From the NCBI GenBank assembly GCA_964521425.1, contig CAZFRO010000005.1, positions 3,141 to 67,140 on the forward strand: a stretch of 64,000 nucleotides of DNA, written 5' to 3'. Positions 1 to 9,395 of the stretch are shown here, one piece after another (the stretch's first letter is position 1; each line of letters begins with the position of its first letter). The notes beneath the pieces are model-generated. The model was not told the origin of the DNA. It worked only from the letters and a program-made list of their open reading frames with translations, and made no database searches. The stretch is from an uncultured bacterium (GTDB lineage: Bacteria; Joyebacterota; Joyebacteria; Joyebacterales; Joyebacteraceae). A program made the position numbers and the translations under genes.

Positions 1-722
1 TCCATCTTGAGATCATCGTCGATCGCCTGAAGCGCGAGTTCAAGGTCAATACCGCCGTGGGCACGCCACAGGTCGCCTACCGCGAGACCGTTGTTTCCTC
101 GATCGAGCACGACGAGAAACTGGTGAAGCAGACCGGAGGGCACGGGCAGTACGCTCACATCAAGATCCGGATCGCGCCGGGTGAGCCAGGGTCCGGTTTC
201 CAGTTCGAGAACAAGGTGATCGGCGGACGCATCCCACGCGAATACATCCCAGCCGTAGAGCGCGGCCTCATCGATGCAATGGCCGAGGGTCCGTACGCGG
301 GCTTCCCGATGGTCGACGTGAGTGTGACGCTCTTTGACGGCTCATCGCACGATGTGGACTCGTCCGAGATGGCGTTCAGGACATGCGCGTCACGCGGGAT
401 GAAGAACGCCTGCAAGAGGGCTGGACTGGAGCTCCTAGAACCAATCATGAGCGTCGAGGTCACGGCGAGCGAGGACTACACGGGAGCCATCACCGGGAGC
501 CTCTGCAGCAAACGGGGCAGGATCGTCGACATGGAGACTCGCGGTAAGACAAGCGTCATAAGAGCGCGGGTTCCTCTCGCAGAGATGTTCGGCTACTCAT
601 CGGAACTCAGAAACGCAACGAGCGGCCGCGGGGAATTCACAATGCACTTCGAGCGCTACGAGGCTGTTCCATTCTCCATCGCCGAGGAGATCGTGGAGGC
701 ACTGCAGGAGAAGAAGAAGTAG
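1..722 (+). CDS. fusA: Elongation factor G, C-terminal part (domains IV-V); 5' end lies outside the window
   Basis: The reading frame is open from position 3 (HLEIIVDRLKREFKVNTAVGTPQVAYRET...). Motifs such as GGHGQYAHIKIRIAPGE, VIGGRIPREYIPAVERG and SSELRNATSGRGEFTMHFERYE are typical of EF-G. Stop codon at 720-722. Confidence 0.9.
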   Translation, partial: HLEIIVDRLKREFKVNTAVGTPQVAYRETVVSSIEHDEKLVKQTGGHGQYAHIKIRIAPGEPGSGFQFENKVIGGRIPREYIPAVERGLIDAMAEGPYAGFPMVDVSVTLFDGSSHDVDSSEMAFRTCASRGMKNACKRAGLELLEPIMSVEVTASEDYTGAITGSLCSKRGRIVDMETRGKTSVIRARVPLAEMFGYSSELRNATSGRGEFTMHFERYEAVPFSIAEEIVEALQEKKK

Positions 723-771
723 CAGTTGCCGAGCACACGCTCCGGAATCTCAGAGCCACTGAAGATCAAAC

Positions 772-797
772 GAGCCCCCGTCCGAGGACGGGGGCTC
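772..797. terminator. Candidate bidirectional rho-independent terminator hairpin between convergent fusA and a cargo gene
   Basis: Perfect inverted repeat GAGCCCCCGTCC-gag-GACGGGGGCTC, followed by a T-rich stretch on both strands (GCTCTTTCTC on plus, GTTTGATCTT on minus). Confidence 0.5.
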
Positions 798-836
798 GCT
801 CTTTCTCACAACTCTCAACATCGGTCGCGGCGCCAC

Positions 837-3800
837 CTATCTCAGCACGACCATCTTTCTCGCCTCACTGCCCTGTGGGGCAACCACCCTGACGAAATAG
901 ACACCGGCAGCAACTGTGCCACCACGGCTGTCCTTGCCATCCCAAGTCACTTCGTAAGTTCCTGGGGGAAGTTCCTCTGTGCCCAGATCTCTGACGACAC
1001 GCCCGGCGAGATTGTACACCTTGACACTGGTCAGTCCACCTGGGCTTGGAACGGTGAACTGAAGAGTCGAGTGAGAAGTGGTTGGATTCGGATACGCTTC
1101 GACACTTACGCTGGCTGGGTGGTGCGCTCCATCGCCAAGTGGCGACGCTTGGTCAACGTGCTCGTAGCGACCTGTACTCTCAAGAAGATAGTATCTCTCT
1201 GTGCGGGGTGCTTGGGCCGGTGGCAAGAAGGTCAAATCCATCCGCTCGCCAGAGGACAGACTCGTGTAGTCGCCATCTACAGAGCCAATGACAGTATTGA
1301 CTCGGCCGTTGATCGAGTGCTCGGCTGCGATGAGCACGCACTCCTCGAGATCCTCGGCGACCGGCACATGCGTCGAGAAGAAGAGCTGGTCAACATAGAA
1401 GTCCACCGGCGTCCAGAGCCGAACCACTATGGATCCATCCCCTTCTATCGCATCTTCTGGGACATCAAGGAACCGCGTGCACGCGTTCTCGCGATAGCAG
1501 AAGCGTGTCATATCAATCAGCCCCTGCTCCGCAGGTAAGTTGAAACCTCCGGCGGGTGGGTCAATCTTCTGCCCCGGGCCGCCGTCGGTACCTATCCCTC
1601 CCCCGGCACGCCCCGGCGCATCGAACTCGGCTACGATCCAACCACCTGCAGGAATCAGAACCGTCTTGCCATCGTCATGAAGGATCAGATCAAGGACATC
1701 TCGTCCATCTTCATCGGTGCAGGTTCCCGGAGAAACCCGTGAGCCATAAGTTACAGGAGAGCCGTCCACAGTCATTCCCAGCGAATAGCCAGACGGAACG
1801 TCTGTCGTGTAGAGGCGCAGTCCATCGAAGTACGAGACATCATTCCTATCCTCACTGATTCGGAGTCGGCATTCACCGTCCTCAATAGACGGAGGCGTGC
1901 TCAGCACACATAGGTCGGTCTTGTCCTCCCCGAGCGTTGCACCTGCAAGCACGTTGTTGTCGCTCACGTACTTGCCTCCGGATGCAACCGAGACGAATGG
2001 ACATCCGCCGCCGGACTCCTTCTGGAGAACGGCGAATGAGTAGCGGAACGAGAGATCCTGTCTGGCTCCTAGATCATGATCGTAGACAACTCGCGGCATG
2101 CAGTTGAAGAGAACGTTCTCGTTTCCTCCACAGACGACGCGGAATGTGTCGAATACTGTCGGAACCAAGGACAACACCATCGTCACGGACTCGTTTCCAC
2201 CCTCACAGAAGTCGAAGATGTTCGCGACGACGCTGTCCCCAGCTGCGAATTGCCCGGTGACCACGTGCGTAAGCGATTCACCTATCTCATAGACGTTCGT
2301 GTCCGCCTCGCTGTACTCCAGGAGACTGACCCAGAGCTCTGTGCTGTCGCTCATCGCCTGTTCGTCCCAGTTCACCTTCACCTGCAAGTAGCGATCACTC
2401 TTTGATGTATCATAGTACTCGGTGTCTGCGACGAAGCTGATGTAGTAGGATCCCCAGAGTCGGACCTTCACGGGGTCGCAGTACTCGTTGTCGCAGTAGG
2501 TCGTGTCCCTAGGGTCATTCCAGCCGTCTGTGCAACCGGCTGCCGGATCGCTGCCGCTTCCGGGTACGCTTACCCACGTGCTGTCATTGTCGCCGTCAGC
2601 GAGAAACATCGGGGGGATGGCGATCTCGTAGCAGTTGTGTGCCCCCTGCCCCGTGTCATTCTTCAAGAAGAGACCGAGCGATGCCGATGGAGAGATGCTG
2701 TCGCTAAACGCGTACGCAGCATCATGTGAATCATCTGCGACCCATTTTGCTATCGAGTAGTCATGGAAGATCTTCTGGAGGCGGTACCCTCCCGGATAGG
2801 CTTCGCCCACGCCCCCCAAGCCCGCATACGCTGTGCTGTCCAGCACCGAGGCAAGCCCACACATATCGCGCATGTACTTGCCGTCAGAGTCCCGTCGTGA
2901 CCGAAGCCACCTATACAGGAGGTCGTCTTCGTAGGATGCCTCGGCGAACCGCTCCACCAAATACGTCGACCACGCTGCCCAGTTCACGTATCCGGTCCGG
3001 CAGTCCTCTTCGTCGGTCCAGTTGTACGTAACACAGGGCTCAACCGAGAGCACGTTCGAGAGCAAGCCACAGCTCATCCACTCTGCCGACAGTATGCCCA
3101 CGAGGGATTGCGCGTAGGGCTTATCGTACGCGACAGCACCGCTGCCGCGCGGCTTGGCCATCATTGCTGCACCACTTGCGAAGAATTCATTGAAGTTGGC
3201 GTGCTCCTGCACGATGCCGTGCTCGCTCGCGTCAGAGTTCCAGAATGCGTGCTGTGTCTCATGTGCGGCACCGACGGCTGCGTCGACTGGCCAGTCCAGA
3301 GTGTCACCACTCGCATTCAGTGCCCCTACAAGGACATGGAACGAGTTCTGATGATACTCACCGTACCCGGGCAGCGGCGGTTCGTCCTCGCTGATGCTCG
3401 TGAAGTCAGACACACACGATCCGTACGTCGCATCGACTCCACTAAGCGCCAGGTAGAAGTCGACATGGTCCCTCTCACCGCCGCCTACTCCCGAGTCGGC
3501 ACACGACGGAAAGAGAGCGAAGTTGTGCACTGCAGCGGAATCATAGGAAGTAGTAGCGCAGAAGTAGTTGACCAGAAGCTGAAGATCCGTCTCCTGAACA
3601 TCGCGGAGGTTGTCCTTGGCGATGTCAAATGTCCCAACAATGCGCCGTATCTCCCCGAGGTCGACGGCATTGATCCCGGTCAGCGAAGAACTCACGAGAA
3701 GGTCAATGTCATCATCTGGGCGCTCCGAACCGAAGTCCAACACCGCAGGGGCGAACGTCGGCGAAACCGTGTGCGTCGAATCCCAGAGACACCAGCGAGT

Positions 3801-3965
3801 GGAGCCACGGTCAATACCGGGATTCGGGTCAGTCGTGTCGGGTTGCCCGCCAACGCCAACCATGACGATTCCCTGGATGGCTGCGGACGATTCCTCACAA
3901 GCAGTGAAAACGACCATGCCGAAAACCAGCACGGTCGCAAGCACAACAAGGCCTCTGACCAGCAT
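837..3965 (-). CDS. Secreted T9SS cargo protein, 1042 aa; putative zinc metallopeptidase
   Basis: N-terminal signal peptide (MLVRGLVVLATVLVFGMVVFTAC). HETQH (HExxH) motif at about aa 245-249. C-terminal type-A T9SS sorting domain (AYPNPTTSHSTLQFTVP...VKVYNLAGRVVRDL...GVYFVRV...RKMVVLR). Confidence 0.6.
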   Translation of the reverse strand: MLVRGLVVLATVLVFGMVVFTACEESSAAIQGIVMVGVGGQPDTTDPNPGIDRGSTRWCLWDSTHTVSPTFAPAVLDFGSERPDDDIDLLVSSSLTGINAVDLGEIRRIVGTFDIAKDNLRDVQETDLQLLVNYFCATTSYDSAAVHNFALFPSCADSGVGGGERDHVDFYLALSGVDATYGSCVSDFTSISEDEPPLPGYGEYHQNSFHVLVGALNASGDTLDWPVDAAVGAAHETQHAFWNSDASEHGIVQEHANFNEFFASGAAMMAKPRGSGAVAYDKPYAQSLVGILSAEWMSCGLLSNVLSVEPCVTYNWTDEEDCRTGYVNWAAWSTYLVERFAEASYEDDLLYRWLRSRRDSDGKYMRDMCGLASVLDSTAYAGLGGVGEAYPGGYRLQKIFHDYSIAKWVADDSHDAAYAFSDSISPSASLGLFLKNDTGQGAHNCYEIAIPPMFLADGDNDSTWVSVPGSGSDPAAGCTDGWNDPRDTTYCDNEYCDPVKVRLWGSYYISFVADTEYYDTSKSDRYLQVKVNWDEQAMSDSTELWVSLLEYSEADTNVYEIGESLTHVVTGQFAAGDSVVANIFDFCEGGNESVTMVLSLVPTVFDTFRVVCGGNENVLFNCMPRVVYDHDLGARQDLSFRYSFAVLQKESGGGCPFVSVASGGKYVSDNNVLAGATLGEDKTDLCVLSTPPSIEDGECRLRISEDRNDVSYFDGLRLYTTDVPSGYSLGMTVDGSPVTYGSRVSPGTCTDEDGRDVLDLILHDDGKTVLIPAGGWIVAEFDAPGRAGGGIGTDGGPGQKIDPPAGGFNLPAEQGLIDMTRFCYRENACTRFLDVPEDAIEGDGSIVVRLWTPVDFYVDQLFFSTHVPVAEDLEECVLIAAEHSINGRVNTVIGSVDGDYTSLSSGERMDLTFLPPAQAPRTERYYLLESTGRYEHVDQASPLGDGAHHPASVSVEAYPNPTTSHSTLQFTVPSPGGLTSVKVYNLAGRVVRDLGTEELPPGTYEVTWDGKDSRGGTVAAGVYFVRVVAPQGSEARKMVVLR

Positions 3966-4024
3966 GAGACACCTTCAGCCTGGATGGGTGGTGACTTCAC
4001 AGCGGGCGAACACGTCCTCCGGGG

Positions 4025-5872
4025 CTATCTGAGAATCGTAATCTCTCTCCGTTGCTCTCTTACAGGTGCGTTATTCAGCCTCAACTCCACCAGGTAGACC
4101 CCACTGGCCACTTGTGCACCGGATGAGTTGGTTCCGTCCCAGCACAGCATCGAGCCAGGCGCAGCGTAGATGCCGGGTGTCCTGTGTGGTGCAACGAGTG
4201 CGCTGACTCTGCGACCGGCGATGTTGTAGATCGCGATTGACACCACGCCGTCAACGGACTGCTCATACCCGATGCAGGCGCCGCTGCTCGACGGATTGGG
4301 AGAGGCGAAGAGAAGCCGCGCGGGTGCGGATACATGCGGAGCCAGCGTCGCCACGGGAACGGGTCCGGCGTAGGTTGAGAAGCCCTGATGCGTCCACTCA
4401 ACCCAGTAGAGAAGCTCGGAAGCCCCCGGCGCCGTTGCATCCTCCCATTCGTAGGGAGGAGACGTTACGGAGAGTTCATTCAGGCGTGTCGCCGAGGCGG
4501 GTGGCTCGCCGGGCATCACATCCAGCCCGTCGCCCAGTGCTCGCCACACATTGAATGGACCAAACGCGGCCTCCCCAGCGGCGTACCAAGAGACACGGAC
4601 GGTGTTTCCTTCCGTCGCGGCCTCGAGCAGACCGAAGTCAACGGGTGTTGTTAGCAGTGAACAGCTTGTGCCACGGATGTCATCGTCCCAGGGAGGCTCA
4701 ATGACCTCGAAGCATACCCAAGCGGACCAGATCCTGCTGTCAGGACCGATAGCCACCGTAGGGTACTTGCCCGTCTTATTCCATACGTCATCACTGATGA
4801 TCTGCTCAGGGGTCCAGCCCTCCCCGGTCCATTGCGACGTCAGGACCGCGGCGCCCATGGGATCCAACATGTCGCCCCCGTACCAAGCGGCAACTACCTC
4901 ACCGCCCGGTCCGACAACGCACTCTGCGATGTAGTCGTAGTCGTACGTGGATGAATCCGGCAGATTGACCAGCTGAGAGGGTGTCCACTCCCCATCTTCC
5001 AACCGGCTGTATTCGACCTCAACCGTGGCGGCCATATTCCCTGTCCAGAGCACCATCGGGACGTCGCCGTCGAATACGATCTCTGCCCCTCCACTGTTGT
5101 TCAGATCGCCATTCACAGTATCGGGCAAAGCCCACGCAGTGCCTGTCTGGCGGGTATACATGATGGGCAAGTGATAGCTAGCCTCAGGCGACGCACCCCA
5201 GACAACCCAAGGGTCTCCATCCGGATCCACGGCGATGTCGGCGTGGGCGCAGCTGTGACCCTCCATCCCGAACCGCAACGACTCAACCCACTCGGCCCCA
5301 TCCCAGTGGTAGATCAGGATGGCGCGGCCGTCGTACTCATCAACGAACGCGTCAGTGGCGACCCATACGTCATCCGAGTTCACCGCGTAGATATCGTAGT
5401 CATCGTAGCGGCCGGCGTTCGTGCGGAGGATCTCAGGTGTTGCCCAGCGGCTACCTTCCCAATGGGAGAACCAGAGTCTCGAACCGTTCTCCTGAGCGCG
5501 GTACCACACAACCCAAGGAACACCGTCCGACCCAATGGAGATCTCGGGATACCTGTCTGCGCTCGAGTTATGCCCATGGAGAGTGTCGGGATCTGTCCAC
5601 CCCGAGCCATCATTGGTGCTGTACAGGATCTCCTCATCACCAACGACCGGGTCGTACCCTGTCCAGACGATCCACACCGTTCCCGAAGGATCGACATCGA
5701 TCGCCGGTCCCTTGTCGTCGTACTCATCGTCTCCGCCGATGAACAACTCGGGGCCGCAATCCAAGCCATGCACTGGAGACGCGAGAGCCAGAAGCAGAAG
5801 CAGGACCACAGCCAGCGCGACTAGGCAGGCCCAGCGGGTGAAAACGGTACAATGTCGGATTGGGTAGCTCAT
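4025..5872 (-). CDS. Secreted BNR/Asp-box repeat (beta-propeller, sialidase-like fold) protein with T9SS C-terminal domain
   Basis: Signal peptide. Repeated Asp-box-like motifs (STNDGSGWT, SHWEGSRWAT, HWDGAEWVE, TRQTGTAWAL, RLEDGEWTP, QWTGEGWTP) and repeated ...PWVVW... blade-like segments. C-terminal sorting domain (SPNPSS...VSIAIYNIAGRRV...GVYLVEL...ITILR). Confidence 0.6.
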   Translation of the reverse strand: MSYPIRHCTVFTRWACLVALAVVLLLLLALASPVHGLDCGPELFIGGDDEYDDKGPAIDVDPSGTVWIVWTGYDPVVGDEEILYSTNDGSGWTDPDTLHGHNSSADRYPEISIGSDGVPWVVWYRAQENGSRLWFSHWEGSRWATPEILRTNAGRYDDYDIYAVNSDDVWVATDAFVDEYDGRAILIYHWDGAEWVESLRFGMEGHSCAHADIAVDPDGDPWVVWGASPEASYHLPIMYTRQTGTAWALPDTVNGDLNNSGGAEIVFDGDVPMVLWTGNMAATVEVEYSRLEDGEWTPSQLVNLPDSSTYDYDYIAECVVGPGGEVVAAWYGGDMLDPMGAAVLTSQWTGEGWTPEQIISDDVWNKTGKYPTVAIGPDSRIWSAWVCFEVIEPPWDDDIRGTSCSLLTTPVDFGLLEAATEGNTVRVSWYAAGEAAFGPFNVWRALGDGLDVMPGEPPASATRLNELSVTSPPYEWEDATAPGASELLYWVEWTHQGFSTYAGPVPVATLAPHVSAPARLLFASPNPSSSGACIGYEQSVDGVVSIAIYNIAGRRVSALVAPHRTPGIYAAPGSMLCWDGTNSSGAQVASGVYLVELRLNNAPVREQRREITILR

Positions 5873-6080
5873 CGCGTGCGCTCCTGCTCCTCGCAGTGGT
5901 CTCGCACCAACGGATGGTGAGGATCCGAGGCCTCTACGTAACCACCTACATCAAGTATAGCACGCTGTCAACAACAAAGCTAGGTGCATATCGATGCATC
6001 GCCTCCTCAAAAAGGGCCACGCACAGGCCTCGATCGCGGGCCTCGGTCCAGTCTGCCTCGAAGACGTTCTCATCTCCCTG

Positions 6081-6150
6081 ACAAAAGGGCACCCGCGCCA
6101 AAGGCGCGGGTGCCCAAAGACACAATCGGCTTGACACCGACCGTTCCATA
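6081..6150 (-). repeat. Conserved 3' element, copy 1: box TGATATGGAACGGTCGGTG, then hairpin GGGCACCCGCGCC/GGCGCGGGTGCCC, then U-tract
   Basis: On the gene-sense strand it is nearly identical to copies at 17051-17123 and 35216-35295. Hairpin stem at 6087-6115 with a 3-nt loop, followed by TTTTGT. Confidence 0.6.
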
Positions 6151-8343
6151 TCACTTGAGAAGCAGCATCTTCTTGCTCGACTCGATGTCCTCGGCGTTCA
6201 TGCGGTAGAAGTAGACACCTGTGGCCATCTGCTTGCCGTCAGTGTCCTTACCGTCCCACACGACGCTCTGCTCACCCTCAGGCTCGAGTCCATCCACGAG
6301 AGTCGTTACGAGCCGTCCCGCGACGTCGTAGATCTCGATCGTCACGTGACCGCCGCCCGCAGGAACCTCGTAGTGGATCGTGGTCTTCGGGTTGAACGGG
6401 TTTGGAACGTTCTGGCGAAGATCGTAGCTCGTCGGGATCTCATCCGGCACACCGGTGCCGTAATCCATCTTGAGAGCGAACGCCAGATCGATCGAGTGAC
6501 CTGCCAGGGCGTGGTTCGGAGGATAGATGAGCTCCTGCCACGGACCCGGGTACGGCTCCATGCCCCAGCCCCAGACCGCGTCGTCGTTCCAGTTGTCGAG
6601 TGTCGTCTTCCAACCGAAGAGGGCATCCACATCCATGGGCTGTGCCTGGACGTCGAGCCAGTAGATGATGTTGGAATCCGGCATGCCGACCTGATGGAAC
6701 GCCTCTTCACGAGGAACAACGAACGAATAGAGCCAGCAGATCGTGTCAGCCGGGAACCAGTACTCCTCAGGCGGGTTCATCCAGCCTTCCAGTATCTGGT
6801 CCTGCCAGATGCTGGCCGTGAACTCGCCAGGAATGAAGTCGCGTACCCACAGGACCTCACCAGGCATGCTGTAGCCGCCCACGGGGGCCGGGATGTCCTC
6901 GTGGATGCTGAGCGTGAACTTCACGCCGTAGGGATCTTCGCCGAACGGGATGTAGTCGTCGAGCCACGAGCCCCACACGTCGATATTCGTGAGTCGCCCC
7001 GGCTCCGTGCAGAGGAAGTCGTCGGCGAGAATATAGGGCTCGGTGCAGTTGATGTCGATTCCGGTCTCCCCGAGATCCGGCGTCTGGATCCACTTCCAGT
7101 CGTCAGGAGCTTCAAGGCTGACCTCGTAGTCCTCGACCTCACCGTCCACTGCCATACCTCCGTACGACAGCCCACCGGAGGAGCTCAGACGGAATCTGGC
7201 GAATGTCGTAGCTGCGGTGGCGCCCACGGGAACGTTGAAGTTCAACGTCGGGGCGGTGCCTGCAGCCACCCACACCGATGTGAGAATCTGGTCACCGAGC
7301 TCAGCCCAGCCTCCGTCACTGTTGAAGTCGACCCAGGCGTCGATGAACCCACCCATCCCCGACGACATCATGTCGATCTTCACGCCGGCGGTATTGCCAG
7401 GGATCATCGCGCCCACGAAAGTAACGCCATCCTCATCGGCCGTTCCGGCGATATCGTCGCCGGTAGCATTGAAGTTTGGCTGGCCGTTGAGTTCAGAGTC
7501 TATGAGCATACCCATCTGGAAACCTGGAACGATCGGATGGGCTGGTCCACCGCTCGCGGCGAAGGTTGGGTACGTCGGATCCGGAGCGTCACCACAGTCG
7601 AGCAGCGGCGGCTCCGCTTCACCGGCAATCACGAAAGCGAGATCGATCGACTCAGGGTACCACGGATGCCCTTCGGGGTAGCGAAGCTCCCACCAGTCCG
7701 TGATGTTGGGTTCCTCTCCCTGACCCCATACAGCATCGTCATTCCAGTGGTCGACAGATGTCTTCCAGCCGAAGTAGGCATCGATATCATCGGGCCTTGC
7801 CTGTACGTCGAGCCAGTAGACGATCGGGTTCGCGGCTGAGCCCTGCTGGACGAAAGCCAGGTCCCCGATGATCGTGAAGTTGTACTGCCAGCAGACCGTG
7901 TCGCCGAGTGGAACATACATGTCGGGTGGGTTCAGCCAACCCTCCTGAAGACCCTCTTCCCAGATCCGCGGCTGAAACTCGCCCGGATTGAAGTCCATCA
8001 TCCAAAGAAGCTCGCCCGGCATGCTGTAGCCGGTCGGGCTCTCATCGGCCGGGATGTCCGCGTGGATGCTCAGCGTGAAGCTGACGGCCGTCGGATCGCC
8101 GTACGGGAGGTAGTCCTGGTACCACGAGCCCCATACGTGGATGCCTTCTATGGGACCAGTCTCCGTGCAGAGGAAATCGTCGGCCAGAACGAATGGAAAC
8201 GTCGCATTGACGTCCATTCCGGTCGGCTGCAGATCCGGGAGCTGGAGCCACTTGTATGGATCGCCATCGTCCCAGTCCGCGCTCGCAAGTACTGAGAGCG
8301 CAAGAACAAGAACGGCGGCGAACACAAACGTTCTCCTTGCCAT
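6151..8343 (-). CDS. Secreted T9SS cargo protein with two tandem ~210-aa repeats flanking a GEVED-like domain
   Basis: Signal peptide (MARRTFVFAAVLVLALSVLASA). Repeat 1 is aa 23-235 and repeat 2 is aa 414-622 (DWDDGDPYKWLQLPDL...IDLAFVIAG versus DDWKWIQTPDL...IDLAFALK), with clear residue-level conservation. The middle region ends in ...GGMAVDGEVEDYEV (GEVED motif). C-terminal sorting domain (VPNPFNPKTTIHYEV...IEIYDVAGRLV...GVYFYRM...KKMLLLK). Confidence 0.6.
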   Translation of the reverse strand: MARRTFVFAAVLVLALSVLASADWDDGDPYKWLQLPDLQPTGMDVNATFPFVLADDFLCTETGPIEGIHVWGSWYQDYLPYGDPTAVSFTLSIHADIPADESPTGYSMPGELLWMMDFNPGEFQPRIWEEGLQEGWLNPPDMYVPLGDTVCWQYNFTIIGDLAFVQQGSAANPIVYWLDVQARPDDIDAYFGWKTSVDHWNDDAVWGQGEEPNITDWWELRYPEGHPWYPESIDLAFVIAGEAEPPLLDCGDAPDPTYPTFAASGGPAHPIVPGFQMGMLIDSELNGQPNFNATGDDIAGTADEDGVTFVGAMIPGNTAGVKIDMMSSGMGGFIDAWVDFNSDGGWAELGDQILTSVWVAAGTAPTLNFNVPVGATAATTFARFRLSSSGGLSYGGMAVDGEVEDYEVSLEAPDDWKWIQTPDLGETGIDINCTEPYILADDFLCTEPGRLTNIDVWGSWLDDYIPFGEDPYGVKFTLSIHEDIPAPVGGYSMPGEVLWVRDFIPGEFTASIWQDQILEGWMNPPEEYWFPADTICWLYSFVVPREEAFHQVGMPDSNIIYWLDVQAQPMDVDALFGWKTTLDNWNDDAVWGWGMEPYPGPWQELIYPPNHALAGHSIDLAFALKMDYGTGVPDEIPTSYDLRQNVPNPFNPKTTIHYEVPAGGGHVTIEIYDVAGRLVTTLVDGLEPEGEQSVVWDGKDTDGKQMATGVYFYRMNAEDIESSKKMLLLK

Positions 8344-8557
8344 GCCTTCTCCTCCTCACTGTTGAGCCGCCGTCGATTCCGCATGTCAGTCCCGGCTACG
8401 GCTCCCATACCGAACCGGCTGCGGACATCTGCGGCTGCGATTATCAATCACCTGCACAACCGCGCTTATTGACGTCGGCATTATACCTCAGGAAGGTCTA
8501 AACTGCAAGAATCACCATAAGGCCCGAAACAGGGCCTCTCTTGAGGGGGGCCGGACC

Positions 8558-8586
8558 TTGACATCATCGCTCAGGCGGCCTACTCT
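8558..8586 (+). promoter_or_regulatory. Candidate sigma70-type promoter for the OmpA-family gene
   Basis: TTGACA (8558-8563), 17-nt spacer, TACTCT (8581-8586). This leaves a ~50-nt leader with a strong SD (GGAAGGAG) before the ATG at 8643. Confidence 0.35.
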
Positions 8587-8642
8587 GCTCCAGGTCAATG
8601 ACCGTTCAGCCTCACGCAATCCAGATGGAAGGAGCGAGAACA

Positions 8643-9314
8643 ATGAGAAGAGTCGTGGCATTTGTTCTGATAGGCGCCCTCGCAGCCGGACTCCTGGGCT
8701 GCGCGGCGATGAGCAGAAGTGATATGGGTCTCCTGATCGGCGCGGGGACCGGTGCCCTTGTCGGCGGAGCGATAGGTGACGCATCCGGCAACACGGCCAT
8801 CGGCGCCATCCTGGGCGCGGCCGTCGGCGGAGCAGCAGGTGCTGCCATCGGGAACTACATGGACGACCAGGCCGCCGAGATCGAGGCGGACATTGAGGGA
8901 GCTACCGTCGAGCGGATCGGCGAGGGAATCAAGATCACGTTTGACTCAGGGCTTCTGTTCGACGTCGACAAGTTCGACCTGAGACCTGCGTCACAGGAGA
9001 ACGTGACCGAACTCGCCAGAATCCTGAACAAGTATGAGGACACCGACATCCTGGTCGAGGGACACACCGACTCGGACGGCTCGGACGAGTACAACATGAC
9101 GCTCTCGGAGCGGAGGGCGCGCTCGGTCTCCGTCTCCCTGGTCGAGAACGGAGTGAACGCGGCTCGCACGACGGCGGCATGGTACGGTGAGGGTCAGCCG
9201 GTGGATACGAACGACACTGCTGAAGGCAAGCAGGCCAATCGTCGGGTCGAGGTTGCGATCATGGCGAACGATGATCTGAAGGCGGCCGCCGAGCGAGGAG
9301 CGCTGGGCAGCTAG
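8643..9314 (+). CDS. OmpA-family lipoprotein with N-terminal glycine-zipper segment
   Basis: Lipoprotein signal (MRRVVAFVLIGALAAGLLGC). Glycine-zipper region (GAGTGALVGGAIGD...GAILGAAVGGAAGAAIGNYMDD). OmpA C-terminal domain (FDVDKFDLRP...ILVEGHTDSDGSDEYNMTLSERRARSV...ANRRVEVAI). The start is moved from the ORF-track 8598 to the ATG that has an SD. Confidence 0.8.
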   Translation: MRRVVAFVLIGALAAGLLGCAAMSRSDMGLLIGAGTGALVGGAIGDASGNTAIGAILGAAVGGAAGAAIGNYMDDQAAEIEADIEGATVERIGEGIKITFDSGLLFDVDKFDLRPASQENVTELARILNKYEDTDILVEGHTDSDGSDEYNMTLSERRARSVSVSLVENGVNAARTTAAWYGEGQPVDTNDTAEGKQANRRVEVAIMANDDLKAAAERGALGS

Positions 9315-9395
9315 TCCGGGCAGGATTTTCGGGAATGCTCAGCAGGTGGCGTGACCGGCTCACACGACCGAGCAGGTGTCGAGGATAGCGCTGCG

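Noticed and set aside
3108-4097. 329-aa plus-strand ORF; similar long antisense ORFs at 5171-5824, 25855-26823, 48981-50030, 50486-51736, 53034-53978, 62536-63678
   Set aside because: All lie opposite confidently identified genes and show the Arg/Pro/His-rich composition of antisense translation in high-GC DNA.
6346-7839. 497-aa plus-strand ORF
   Set aside because: It lies entirely antisense to the well-supported cargo gene 6151-8343 and has no signal, motifs or SD. This is a typical GC-rich shadow ORF.
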